Position numbers and translations under genes: made by a program. Positions 44,721 through 53,615 of a stretch of 64,000 nucleotides of DNA are shown in pieces. The notes beneath the pieces are model-generated. The model worked only from the letters and a program-made list of their open reading frames with translations, made no database searches and was not told the DNA's origin. The stretch is from Verrucomicrobiales bacterium (GTDB taxonomy: Bacteria > Verrucomicrobiota > Verrucomicrobiia > Limisphaerales > CAIMTB01), in the NCBI GenBank assembly GCA_016795425.1, contig JAEUHG010000130.1, positions 12,093 to 76,092 on the forward strand, in the 5' to 3' direction. Numbering within the stretch: position 1 is the first letter of the stretch; each line of letters opens with the position of its first letter.

Positions 44721-45587
44721 TTAGCGCTTGAGATTGACCAGTTCCTGGAGCATTTCGTCGCTCGTCGAGATGATGCGCGCGGTCGCCTGAAAGGCGCGTT
44801 GCGCCGTGATCATGCTGGAGAATTCATTGGCCAGATCGACGTTCGACAATTCGAGCGCCCCGGCCTGGATCTTGCCGAGACCCGAGGTTCCCGGAGGCTC
44901 CGGAGTCGGCGATGCCGAACCACCCAACGGTCCGGCCGCCGCCATGCCGGAATACAGGCTGTTGCCCTCCTTCTGCAGGGCTTGGGGATCCTGGAACCGC
45001 TGCAAGAGGATCTGACCGCGCGTGAACTGCGTGCCATCCGACATGCGCACGTTGATCTTTCCTTCGCCGTCAATGGCCCAGGACGCCAAGGTCGCGTCAG
45101 CAGCCGCTTCGGCCGGCTTGCCGGTGGTGTCAATCTGCAGGTCGCCGATCGTCGTCAGACCCGCATCATTGAATCCTTGGATCCGCTGGCCGCCGCTGGT
45201 GACCAGGAATCCGTTGGAGTCCACGCGAAAATCTCCTGCCCGCGTGACAAACGGACTGTTGCTGACCGGATCCCGCACGACGAAGTAGCCGTCGCCCGCG
45301 ATGGCCAAATCAGTGTCGACCCCAGTGCGCGCCACCGCGCCTTGGGTATATAGATTGCGAATGGAGCCCGTGGTCACTCCGGATCCAATCTGCATGGCCG
45401 AGGTCCCGCTGTTGCTGCCGGTCGCCCCGCTGGAGCTTTGCAGGGTTTGACTAAAGGAATCTTCAAAGTCCACCCGTCCGGCTTTGAACCCGGTGGTGTT
45501 GACGTTGGCAATATTGTTGCCGATGACATCGATGCGACCTTGCATGTTCTGAAGGCCGCTGATGGCTGAGGTGAGGGAACGAAGCAT
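44721..45587 (-). CDS. flgE: Flagellar hook protein FlgE (minimal, 288 aa)
   Basis: N-terminus is MLRSLTSAISGLQNMQGRIDVIGNNIANVNTTGFKAGRVDF. It contains DLAIAGDGYFVV and ends LELSNVDLANEFSSMITAQRAFQATARII. Both conserved termini are intact. Confidence 0.85.
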   Translation of the reverse strand: MLRSLTSAISGLQNMQGRIDVIGNNIANVNTTGFKAGRVDFEDSFSQTLQSSSGATGSNSGTSAMQIGSGVTTGSIRNLYTQGAVARTGVDTDLAIAGDGYFVVRDPVSNSPFVTRAGDFRVDSNGFLVTSGGQRIQGFNDAGLTTIGDLQIDTTGKPAEAAADATLASWAIDGEGKINVRMSDGTQFTRGQILLQRFQDPQALQKEGNSLYSGMAAAGPLGGSASPTPEPPGTSGLGKIQAGALELSNVDLANEFSSMITAQRAFQATARIISTSDEMLQELVNLKR

Positions 45588-45607
45588 ACGTTTGCGTTTT
45601 ATTGGGG

Positions 45608-46033
45608 TTACTGGCTGAGCGGCGTCGGCGTGATGACGGTGACCTGATCGAGGTCGTACTTCCCGTCTCCCACCACCACCTTGGGCTTCCCTGCCTCTAC
45701 ATGCACGGCGCTGACCAGCCCGGTGATCAGCGTGGACTCGTCCACCTCGATGTTGACCGTGCGTCCTAAAAGGGAATTAGCCTGGAGCAATTGCTGATCA
45801 CTGCGCATCTGCGCCAGATCGGCCTGCATCGTCTTCGATTGCTCCAATGAACTGAAACTTGCCATCTGAGCGATGAATTCCGTGTCGCTCTTCGGTGCCA
45901 TCGGGTCCTGCGATGTCATCTGCGCCACCAACAACTTCAGAAAATCCTCCTGACCCAGCGTCTTGGTCGGCACCCGCGAAAGATACTGCTCGCTGTCGTA
46001 GTCGGTGGAGGTGATGGATGATACGGAACTCAT
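45608..46033 (-). CDS. flgD: Flagellar hook cap/scaffold protein FlgD
   Basis: Trimmed to ATG 46033 (141 aa). LGQEDFLKLLVAQMTSQDPMAPKSDTEFIAQMASFSSLEQ is the FlgD N-terminal signature. Confidence 0.85.
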   Translation of the reverse strand: MSSVSSITSTDYDSEQYLSRVPTKTLGQEDFLKLLVAQMTSQDPMAPKSDTEFIAQMASFSSLEQSKTMQADLAQMRSDQQLLQANSLLGRTVNIEVDESTLITGLVSAVHVEAGKPKVVVGDGKYDLDQVTVITPTPLSQ

Positions 46034-46050
46034 GTTGATAATTCTGATGG

Positions 46051-49000
46051 TCAGGCCCAGGACTCCCACCCACCGCGTCGCGCCGGACGCTGCGCAGCCG
46101 AAGTCCCCTTTTCTCCCGCACCCACCACGGATCCCGCGCGCACGCGAGTCTCATAACCCAACTCCTGCCGGGACGGCGCCGACCCGTGCTGCTGATGCTG
46201 CTGCTGAGGCTGGTGCTGATGTTGCTGTGATTGCTGCTGAAGCCCGGACGGGTGTTGTCCGCGCATCAACCGCTCCTCCGACCAGGCCGATCGCGATCCG
46301 TTGCCATTCCCGGTATCTGCGGCTGCAGCCGCTGCCACAACCTCGACGGGTGGAGCCAGGCGGATGTTCTGGGCGGCCAAAACATCGCGCAGCTGATCCC
46401 ACTCACTCCGGGCCGCCGGGAATTCCCCGCGCTGACATCGTATCGTCGCCTCCACGCCGCTCGAAGATTGACTCAACTGAACCACCAACTCGGTTTGCGC
46501 ATCGGGCCGCAGCACCACGGAGAGCGACTGTCCTCCAGACTTCCGGATGACACCCGCCTCGCGAGCCACGAAGGCTTCGATCTGATGAACTCGGGTACTG
46601 TAATCCCTTACACGAATTCCACTGACGGTTTCGATGTCTCGACCGGGTTCCCAGCGCGGATTCGCCTGGCTCGCCGTGGCCCAACGGGCGTCCGCTTCCT
46701 CCGCGGCACGGTTTACCTCCACCGGACGTCGCGTCTCGCTCTCCTTGCTGGAAAACGTAGGCAGGGAACCACCAGCCAGACCTTTCCGGTCAACCGGCAA
46801 GATGTGCAGCGTCTCCTCGGCAGCTTTGGATGGCTTCCGCCCCTTCTTCATGCCGATTCCTTGATCAGCAATGGGCGTGCCACTCGACGCCTTCGCCTGT
46901 TCCGACACGGCGTCCAACGTCGCCGCTTTGCCGTCCTTACGCACCTCAGTTCGACGTCCCGCGCCCAAAACTGCCGCGTCAGCCGCGGTCGGCGCCACGC
47001 CGGAAGCCGGCGGTACCGTCGCGGTATCCAAGGCATCCATGGGTTCTGCCTCGGGTACAGGTACCTGAGTTGCGTCCACCGCCGGCTCCGAGGAGGTCGG
47101 CACGGTCGGCTGGCCAGCCACGGTTCCCGCCTCGCCACCGCTGGCAGGCATTCCGGGCCATTCGAGTTCGTGTTCGGGTTGGTCTCCCCTGCCCTCTGTC
47201 GGGCTTTCCAAAGAATGGGCTTCCACCCCATCCGCCCGCTCGCCGCGCCTCGTCTCCGCCTGCACTCGATCCGGACTGGCTTCGCGCGTCCACTCCCTGT
47301 CAGCTGCCGGCAGAGGAGGCGTTGGGATTTCAGGAATTCCGACTCCCTCGCCAGCGGTCCCAGTGGACGAGGACGGCACCGTGCTCCCGGGAGCTTCTCC
47401 CCGCGGCCCAGCCACCGGCACCTGCCCGCTCCGCGGACCTCTCGTGCCCTCCCGACCTTGGGCCTCCGGTTGAAACGCGGGCCGCTCAATCCGTGGCGGC
47501 TGAAGCGTCGGACCTGACTCGGTAACCACTCCATCATCAGGTTGAAAGCCCGGTCGCTCGACGCGAGGCGGTTGAATCGACGGACCTGACTCCGGGGCAA
47601 CCACATCATTGGGTCGGAAACCCGGCCTCTCAATCCGCGGTGGTTGAAGCGTTGGCCCCGAGCTGGGGACCCCGGCATCGACCAGCGAGCTGGGAAGCGT
47701 CGCTTGGGCAGATCGCGGGTTGCCGCCTGGGACGCCTACGCTTCCACCCTCCGTCGACGAGGCGTTACCGCTACTGGAAATCCTCGGCACAACCTCCGAA
47801 ATCCTGCCCTGAGGCGCGGCGGCGATCGCACCGTCGGGTGGATTCACGGTCGCGCCCGAAGCTGGCGCGGTTTGGAAACGCAGAAAACCGGCCTGCTCGA
47901 TGCGCAACGGCGCCTGATGGAACATCGCGGGATCGCGAAGAGGTTGCCCGGATTCCCCATCGGACCTCGGAACCACCACGGTTGCTTCGCTGACGATCCG
48001 GGCTGCCGGAATCCCGGACAGGCGTTCGTGTCGCGAACCGTCCACGGTACCCGAGAAAGGCGCCGGAGCTGCCTTGGCCACTTCCTCCCGCACCGGAACC
48101 TGGACCTGCGGGATCACGACATCCGAATCCAAGCCGGGTTTCCCAGACGAACTTCCAACGTCGGAACCTTCCTCCGCGGTCCGTCCTGTCGTCGATCCGA
48201 GGTTCGTGAACCCAAATGCCGCCCCTGCCTTGCCGGATGTCGGACCTACCGACGGGATTACCGCGCTGTCACCCATGTCGATGGTCCTGGAGCCCTCGCC
48301 CGCGGCCTCACCGGACACGTTCACCGGAACGAGTCCCTCGCCACTCCTACCGGATGACGAACCATCGTGCGCAACCCTCGCTGCGACACTCCCTGATGAA
48401 GAACGGTCCGCCCATCGACCCACGCCCACGGACCCAGGACCCGAATTGACTCCCGCCGATGCGGCGACATTCGAGGTCTGCGGGAGCGGCAAACCCGGCG
48501 TCGGTTGAGCGTCAGAAGGGTTCACCAACGACCCAGCGGTTGCCGGAGTTCTCCCATCGGAGGCAACTGCGGAGGCACCGACTCGAGGCACAGCCGCCGC
48601 CTTCGGGGCTGTAGACACGGGCGTCGCCGGCAATGGCGTCGATGCAACGGGGATTGAAGATGGCGGGCTTGGCAGCGGAGCCAGACCCTCGGCATTGACG
48701 GGGACCGTCGGTGTCGCCGGATCCGAAACAGGCCTCTGCGACGGGGTTCCGGGCGCCTCCGACTGGTCGTCCGCGGCAGGCGGCACGGCTTCGGTCGACC
48801 CTTCAGTGGGAGTGAATCCCGTGGTGGGGATCACCGGTGCAGGAACGGTGTGCGGCGCACCTGGCCGAGTGCCGGGAACGGGTTGCGACCCAGATGGAGT
48901 ATCGCCTCCTTTCAAAGACGGAGGCCCGGGCCGACGGACCCGCGGCGCCGGCAATGTCTGGGGCGGAACGGCGGGATCCGCAGGGACAGCCGGTTTCTCG

Positions 49001-49467
49001 TCGGTGGCTCCCGAAGTCCCCGGGACGATCACATCGTCGGTCGGCAAAGCCGCTGTCGCTTCCTCCACGGCCGCGGACTCCGCGTCCCCGGATTCGCCCG
49101 CGTTGCGGACGACATCGCAGATCGGCGCCGGCGTCGCATCTGGCTGCGCCTCACTGGCGGCGGCGCCGTCCTGGCCTTTTTCGGGAACCGAAGAGACGCC
49201 AGTCTCGCCGGGCGGCAGAGCGTTGTCGTCCAACACCTCGGGAGGACACCGGCGGGAATTCGGCAGCCGGGAATGCGAGACATCGCCTTCGGCCACCGCA
49301 GCCTTTCGTGGATCACGCGCCGCCAATGCTTGATCGACGAGCGCAGCGAATGGCTGTTTGGACTCCGCGGGGCTGCCGGCAGCGAGGGTCGCAGGAGCGG
49401 TGGATAAACTAGCAGAACCCTGCGTCGGCACGCCGGGTTCAACGAGAGTCGGAAATGCGGCGGTCAT
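46051..49467 (-). CDS. fliK: Giant (1138 aa) FliK-like hook-length control protein
   Basis: It occupies the fliK slot between the ylxF-like gene and flgD. The C-terminal region ...GQSLSVVLRPDAQTELVVQLSQSSSGVEATIRCQRGEFPAARSEWDQLRDVLAAQNIRL fits the Flg_hook/FliK C-terminal pattern. About 900 aa of Pro/Ser/Gly/Ala/Thr-rich sequence lie upstream, and the protein has a Gln/His-rich tail. Confidence 0.7.
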   Translation of the reverse strand: MTAAFPTLVEPGVPTQGSASLSTAPATLAAGSPAESKQPFAALVDQALAARDPRKAAVAEGDVSHSRLPNSRRCPPEVLDDNALPPGETGVSSVPEKGQDGAAASEAQPDATPAPICDVVRNAGESGDAESAAVEEATAALPTDDVIVPGTSGATDEKPAVPADPAVPPQTLPAPRVRRPGPPSLKGGDTPSGSQPVPGTRPGAPHTVPAPVIPTTGFTPTEGSTEAVPPAADDQSEAPGTPSQRPVSDPATPTVPVNAEGLAPLPSPPSSIPVASTPLPATPVSTAPKAAAVPRVGASAVASDGRTPATAGSLVNPSDAQPTPGLPLPQTSNVAASAGVNSGPGSVGVGRWADRSSSGSVAARVAHDGSSSGRSGEGLVPVNVSGEAAGEGSRTIDMGDSAVIPSVGPTSGKAGAAFGFTNLGSTTGRTAEEGSDVGSSSGKPGLDSDVVIPQVQVPVREEVAKAAPAPFSGTVDGSRHERLSGIPAARIVSEATVVVPRSDGESGQPLRDPAMFHQAPLRIEQAGFLRFQTAPASGATVNPPDGAIAAAPQGRISEVVPRISSSGNASSTEGGSVGVPGGNPRSAQATLPSSLVDAGVPSSGPTLQPPRIERPGFRPNDVVAPESGPSIQPPRVERPGFQPDDGVVTESGPTLQPPRIERPAFQPEAQGREGTRGPRSGQVPVAGPRGEAPGSTVPSSSTGTAGEGVGIPEIPTPPLPAADREWTREASPDRVQAETRRGERADGVEAHSLESPTEGRGDQPEHELEWPGMPASGGEAGTVAGQPTVPTSSEPAVDATQVPVPEAEPMDALDTATVPPASGVAPTAADAAVLGAGRRTEVRKDGKAATLDAVSEQAKASSGTPIADQGIGMKKGRKPSKAAEETLHILPVDRKGLAGGSLPTFSSKESETRRPVEVNRAAEEADARWATASQANPRWEPGRDIETVSGIRVRDYSTRVHQIEAFVAREAGVIRKSGGQSLSVVLRPDAQTELVVQLSQSSSGVEATIRCQRGEFPAARSEWDQLRDVLAAQNIRLAPPVEVVAAAAAADTGNGNGSRSAWSEERLMRGQHPSGLQQQSQQHQHQPQQQHQQHGSAPSRQELGYETRVRAGSVVGAGEKGTSAAQRPARRGGWESWA
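47443..47658 (-). repeat. Three tandem 72-nt (24-aa) imperfect repeats inside fliK
   Basis: The translated units are GPTLQPPRIERPGFRPNDVVAPES, GPSIQPPRVERPGFQPDDGVVTES and GPTLQPPRIERPAFQPEAQGREGT. The DNA units are visibly similar: ggttgaaa[gc]c[gc]gg.cgctc.a..cg.gg.gg.tgaa.cg.cggacctgactc. Confidence 0.85.
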
Positions 49468-50102
49468 GATTTGGACTTGGTGGCGGTCTTGCGCGGAATG
49501 GTGAGGCGAAGTCGTTCGGAAATGGCGGCGGCCTGCTTCGATTGCTCTTCACCGATCTTGGACAGAGTCTCGAGGATGGGCGCTGTCTCCGACTCCTTCA
49601 TGAAAGTCATCATTTTGACGACAGTCGCCTCGTCCAACTGCTTGAGAATCGAGGCGGCGCCGTCGGGTGACATCGAGGAATAGATTCGGGCAAGCTTCTT
49701 CAGATTCGCCGCCTCCTCCTCGTCCACCTTGAGCACGGTCTGGTCGAGTTCGCGCTGCAATTGGTGGACATTCTGGGTGACGGCGCTGAGTTCGGCCTTC
49801 TCGGCCTGAATTCGTGAGGCGAGTTCGTCCAATTGCCGGGCACGCTCCGCCAGCGCCTCCTTCTCCTTCCGGAGTTCCGCCACCAATGCATCCATCTCGG
49901 GATTGCTGAACTCCCAGGAGGGCGTTTTCGCCTTGGGGGGGCGAAGTTTGGATTTGGTTGTGGAAGCCACGACCGTCTCACCCTCCTCCCCCTCCACGGG
50001 GGGCGGCAGGGTCATCGGGGGCCAGAGCATGGCCGTCACCAGGACGTACAAAATCAATCCTACGATGGCGGCAAAGAGAGGGGATTGTAGGAACTTGTTC
50101 AT
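49464..50102 (-). CDS. MotE/YlxF-family flagellar protein (MgtE_N-like domain)
   Basis: 212 aa with an N-terminal TM segment and a coiled-coil. Then LARIYSSMSPDGAASILKQLDEATVVKMMTFMKESETAPILETLS, an MgtE intracellular-N-like repeat. Its position between fliJ and fliK matches Bacillus ylxF. An ATGA overlap couples it to fliK. Confidence 0.6.
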   Translation of the reverse strand: MNKFLQSPLFAAIVGLILYVLVTAMLWPPMTLPPPVEGEEGETVVASTTKSKLRPPKAKTPSWEFSNPEMDALVAELRKEKEALAERARQLDELASRIQAEKAELSAVTQNVHQLQRELDQTVLKVDEEEAANLKKLARIYSSMSPDGAASILKQLDEATVVKMMTFMKESETAPILETLSKIGEEQSKQAAAISERLRLTIPRKTATKSKS

Positions 50103-50111
50103 CGGACCAAA

Positions 50112-50573
50112 TCATTCGTTGCCTCGCCAAACCAGCGCCGGCGCGACGCGTCGTTGGGCGAGTTCGTCCTGCACCTTGCTATCCTGCCGCGCCGCCTCGC
50201 GCTGGTGGCGCAGCCGTTGTTGTTGTTCGCATTGCTCCACCAATTCGCGCTGCCGGCGGGCTTCCAGCATGGCGTTCAAGGCCGGATCCACCGCGCGCTC
50301 CGCCGAAGCGGACGCCACGGCGGCCTGGTTCCGCTTGAACTCCAGCACGCGAAGGTGCTCCGCCCGTTGCACCAGTTCCGCCGCCATCAACCCGCCATTG
50401 ACGCGCGATTGCCAGGCCTGCGCGGCGTCCACGACTTCCGTGTTGGCGATGGCCAACAACTCCATCGCCCTCCGCCGCTGCGCCAAGGCCGCGGCGTAGC
50501 GTTCCATCGCCAGGTGCTCCTGCCGCTGCCGGACCGTCAGGAGCGCCTGCAGGGTGAAGCGGAACTTCTTCAT
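50112..50573 (-). CDS. fliJ: Flagellar export protein FliJ
   Basis: 153 aa, all-helical: MKKFRFTLQALLTVRQRQEHLAMERYAAAL.... It sits directly after fliI. Confidence 0.75.
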   Translation of the reverse strand: MKKFRFTLQALLTVRQRQEHLAMERYAAALAQRRRAMELLAIANTEVVDAAQAWQSRVNGGLMAAELVQRAEHLRVLEFKRNQAAVASASAERAVDPALNAMLEARRQRELVEQCEQQQRLRHQREAARQDSKVQDELAQRRVAPALVWRGNE

Positions 50574-50579
50574 AATTGG

Positions 50580-51980
50580 TTATCGTGCCGACGGAGCACC
50601 CGGACGCGCCGCGGGGGTTCCCGCCGCCGGGGCTCCACCCGCCGTTGTCACGGCCAACGCGCGCGCCAGCAGCCCCCAGCTGTCCGACAGGCTGAACCCC
50701 TCGTCCACACCCTGCCGAAGAAAGGTACGCAACGGTTCATGCAACTGGATCGCCGAGTCGATCGCTGGATTGCTGCCCTGCGGATAAGCTCCAATGTTGA
50801 TCAGATCCTGGTTTCGACGGTAGATCGCCATCGACTCCCTCGCCCGTGCCAGTACCGACATCTGTTCGGCGGTCGTCAGATCGCGCACCAACCGGCTCAC
50901 ACTCTCCAACACGTCGATCGCGGGATAATGGTTCTGGGTCGCCAGTTCGCGGGTCAGGACAATGTGTCCATCCAGAATCGACCGCACCGCGTCGGCGATC
51001 GGATCGTTCATGTCGTCCTGCTCCACCAGCACGGTGAACAGGCCCGTCATCGATCCTGACTCACCCGTTCCCGCGCGCTCCAGAAGCTGTGGCAAAAGCG
51101 AGAAGACCGAAGGCGTATAACCGCGCGTGGCGGGAGGTTCGCCCACCGCCAAACCGATCTCACGCTGGGCCATGGCGAAACGGGTCACCGAATCCATCAT
51201 CAAGAGGACGTTCTGCCCCGTGCTACGAAAGTGTTCCGCGATCGCCATCGCAATGAAGGCCCCTTTCAAGCGGGTGATCGCCGGCGCATTGGAGGTCGCC
51301 ACAATCACCACCGATTTCTTGCGCCCGGCTTCGGTCAGGTCCTTTTCCAAGAACTCGCGCACTTCACGACCACGCTCGCCGATCAGCGCGATGACATTGA
51401 CGTCGGCCTCCGCCTCGCTGGCGATCATGCCCAGGAGGGTGGACTTGCCGACACCGCTGCCGGCGAAGATCCCCAGACGCTGTCCGCGGCCGCAGGGCGT
51501 GAACGTGTCGATCGCCTTGACGCCGGTTCGGAACACTTTCTGGATGCGCTGCCTCTTGAGAGGATGCGGCGGCAGCAGATTCAATGGCACGCTGCGCTCC
51601 GCATGAATCGGCCCCAGATCGTCCAAGGGCTGCCCCAATCCATCGATGACTCGTCCCTTCAATTCCTCGCCCACGGGAACCATCAGCGATGTTCCCAACG
51701 CAATCACCTCGCTGCCCGGATGGATCCCATGGGTCTCCCCCAATGGCATCAGCAGCACGTGGTTGTTCCGAAAGCCCACCACCTCCGCCAATGTCGCCCC
51801 GGCATGCCGCGCCGATTCGATCCGGCAGACCTCGCCCACCGCCGCCAAGGGTCCCTCCGACTCCACCACGAGCCCAATCAATTGGACGACCCGGCCATGG
51901 TTGCGAACCACCGAGGTTTCCTGCACCCGGCGGAGCATCGCCTCGACGCGGTTGAACGGACGTGGGGAAGGTTCTGACAT
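50580..51980 (-). CDS. fliI: Flagellum-specific ATPase FliI
   Basis: 466 aa. Walker A is GIFAGSGVGKSTLLGMI, Walker B context is VLLMMDSVTRFA, and the overall layout is F1-beta-like. Confidence 0.95.
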   Translation of the reverse strand: MSEPSPRPFNRVEAMLRRVQETSVVRNHGRVVQLIGLVVESEGPLAAVGEVCRIESARHAGATLAEVVGFRNNHVLLMPLGETHGIHPGSEVIALGTSLMVPVGEELKGRVIDGLGQPLDDLGPIHAERSVPLNLLPPHPLKRQRIQKVFRTGVKAIDTFTPCGRGQRLGIFAGSGVGKSTLLGMIASEAEADVNVIALIGERGREVREFLEKDLTEAGRKKSVVIVATSNAPAITRLKGAFIAMAIAEHFRSTGQNVLLMMDSVTRFAMAQREIGLAVGEPPATRGYTPSVFSLLPQLLERAGTGESGSMTGLFTVLVEQDDMNDPIADAVRSILDGHIVLTRELATQNHYPAIDVLESVSRLVRDLTTAEQMSVLARARESMAIYRRNQDLINIGAYPQGSNPAIDSAIQLHEPLRTFLRQGVDEGFSLSDSWGLLARALAVTTAGGAPAAGTPAARPGAPSAR

Positions 51981-51984
51981 GACG

Positions 51985-52578
51985 TTATCCGAGCAATGTG
52001 CGCTTTAACAAATCGACCTTGGTCTCGCGCCGGGCGTCGATGACTCCGAATCGCGTCTGAACCAGACAACCGCCACGGGTGACCTCCGTTGATGCATGAA
52101 AGTGCACCGAACCGGCGTCGCCACCGGTACTGAGCAGCGCCGACTCCATCTTGCGCAGGAGTTCGAGATCCGCGGGATGGAGGCGAACATGAAACTCGGT
52201 GGCACCTTCCACCTGGGAAAGCGCGTCCCGTACCACGCCTTCGACCAGATCGACGGAAACGGGAATTTCGCCCACGAGCTTCTGGGCGATCTCAAGGGCC
52301 AGGGCCACCAGATGTTGCTCCGTCTCGCGCGCCACCTGCGGAACGGCCTTGCGCAGCGAAACCACCACCCCTTCGAGCAGTTGCTTCACCTCAGCCCGCT
52401 GCTGAACCAATTGCTGACCCAACTGGGTCTCGCCGTCCGCCCGGCCACGTTCGTAGGCCGCCTTCAGCTCGGTGTCCCAGTCCTGCGCGGATGGACCGTC
52501 GTCCGGCCCGAAAGAGCGTCGGAGGACGACATCCCGCACGGGACGGGTCAGCACGATGGTTTCATGCCACGACTTCAT
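51985..52578 (-). CDS. fliH: Flagellar export protein FliH
   Basis: Track ORF 51985-52863 trimmed to ATG 52578 (197 aa). The upstream part is an alternate-frame read of fliG. AYERGRADGETQLGQQLVQQRAEVKQLLEG...LALEIAQKLVG fits the FliH/YscL pattern. Confidence 0.75.
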   Translation of the reverse strand: MKSWHETIVLTRPVRDVVLRRSFGPDDGPSAQDWDTELKAAYERGRADGETQLGQQLVQQRAEVKQLLEGVVVSLRKAVPQVARETEQHLVALALEIAQKLVGEIPVSVDLVEGVVRDALSQVEGATEFHVRLHPADLELLRKMESALLSTGGDAGSVHFHASTEVTRGGCLVQTRFGVIDARRETKVDLLKRTLLG

Positions 52579-53611
52579 CGGAGGATCCACCCGAACCGCC
52601 GAGGTCGACTTCACCCTCCGCCTCGAGGCGGCGCACGGCTTCGATGATGCGCCCCTGGGCCGCCTCGATGTCGCGCAGGCGGAGCGGGCCCATGAACCCG
52701 ATCTCTTCGTTGACCGTCTCGGCCGCCCGCTTGGAGATACAGGACAGCAAGGCCGTCTTGACCTTCTCGCTGGCGGTCTTGAGCGCCATGGCGAGATCGC
52801 GCATTTCCACTTCGCGCAGAATCTTCTGCAGTGCCCCGGCATCGAGATGCGCGAGGTCTTCAAAGGTGAACATCTTGTGGCGAATGGCGGCGCCCAACTC
52901 GGGGTTGCGCTCCTCCAAGCCCACCAGCAGCGCCTTGCTGATCTCCTTCTCCATCGAATTGAGCAGCTCGGCGGCGCTCTTCACGCCACCCGTCTGGTTC
53001 AGCGCCCGCGGCTGCCGCCCGGCCAGTTTCTGATTCAGCATCTCCACCACCCGCTCCACGACTTCGATCGGGGTCGGCGCCATCGTGGCGATGCGTTCAA
53101 TCACCTGGTCTCTCACCTCGGACCGCAGCAGCATCATCAGTTGCGAACTTTTCTCCGGGCTCAGGTAGGTCGCCACCAGGGCGATGGTCTGGGGTTGTTC
53201 CAGCTTCAAGAGATTGAAGATCTGCCGGGCATCCATCTCCACGATCTGCTGCATCGCCCCCGGCGTCGTGCGCGTCGGCGCCACCCGGCTGATGATGTTG
53301 GAGGCCCTGAATTGACCGAAGGACTTCTCCAGCGTCGACTTGGTGTAATTGAGCCCTCCCAGGATGCAGCTGCCGGCCTGCACCGCGACATCGGTGAATT
53401 CCGCCAGCACCGCGGCGTGCATCTCCTGAGTCACGAAAGGAATCTTCGCCATCTCGGTCGTCACCGCCTCCAACTCATGCTCATCCAACTGCTTCAGCAG
53501 ATGGGCCGCAGTTTCCGGCCCGAGGATGATCAGCAGGGTCGCCAGCTTCTGCACCTTGCTCATCGCCGCCACGTCGGGCGGACCTGCTTCGGCTTCGGCG
53601 GTACGGCTCAT
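52562..53611 (-). CDS. fliG: Flagellar motor switch protein FliG
   Basis: 349 aa. KLATLLIILGPETAAHLLKQLDEHELEAVTTEMA... with a C-terminal ...LQKILREVEMRDLAMALKTASEKVKTALLSCISKRAAE. Confidence 0.95.
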   Translation of the reverse strand: MSRTAEAEAGPPDVAAMSKVQKLATLLIILGPETAAHLLKQLDEHELEAVTTEMAKIPFVTQEMHAAVLAEFTDVAVQAGSCILGGLNYTKSTLEKSFGQFRASNIISRVAPTRTTPGAMQQIVEMDARQIFNLLKLEQPQTIALVATYLSPEKSSQLMMLLRSEVRDQVIERIATMAPTPIEVVERVVEMLNQKLAGRQPRALNQTGGVKSAAELLNSMEKEISKALLVGLEERNPELGAAIRHKMFTFEDLAHLDAGALQKILREVEMRDLAMALKTASEKVKTALLSCISKRAAETVNEEIGFMGPLRLRDIEAAQGRIIEAVRRLEAEGEVDLGGSGGSSDEVVA

Positions 53612-53615
53612 AACG

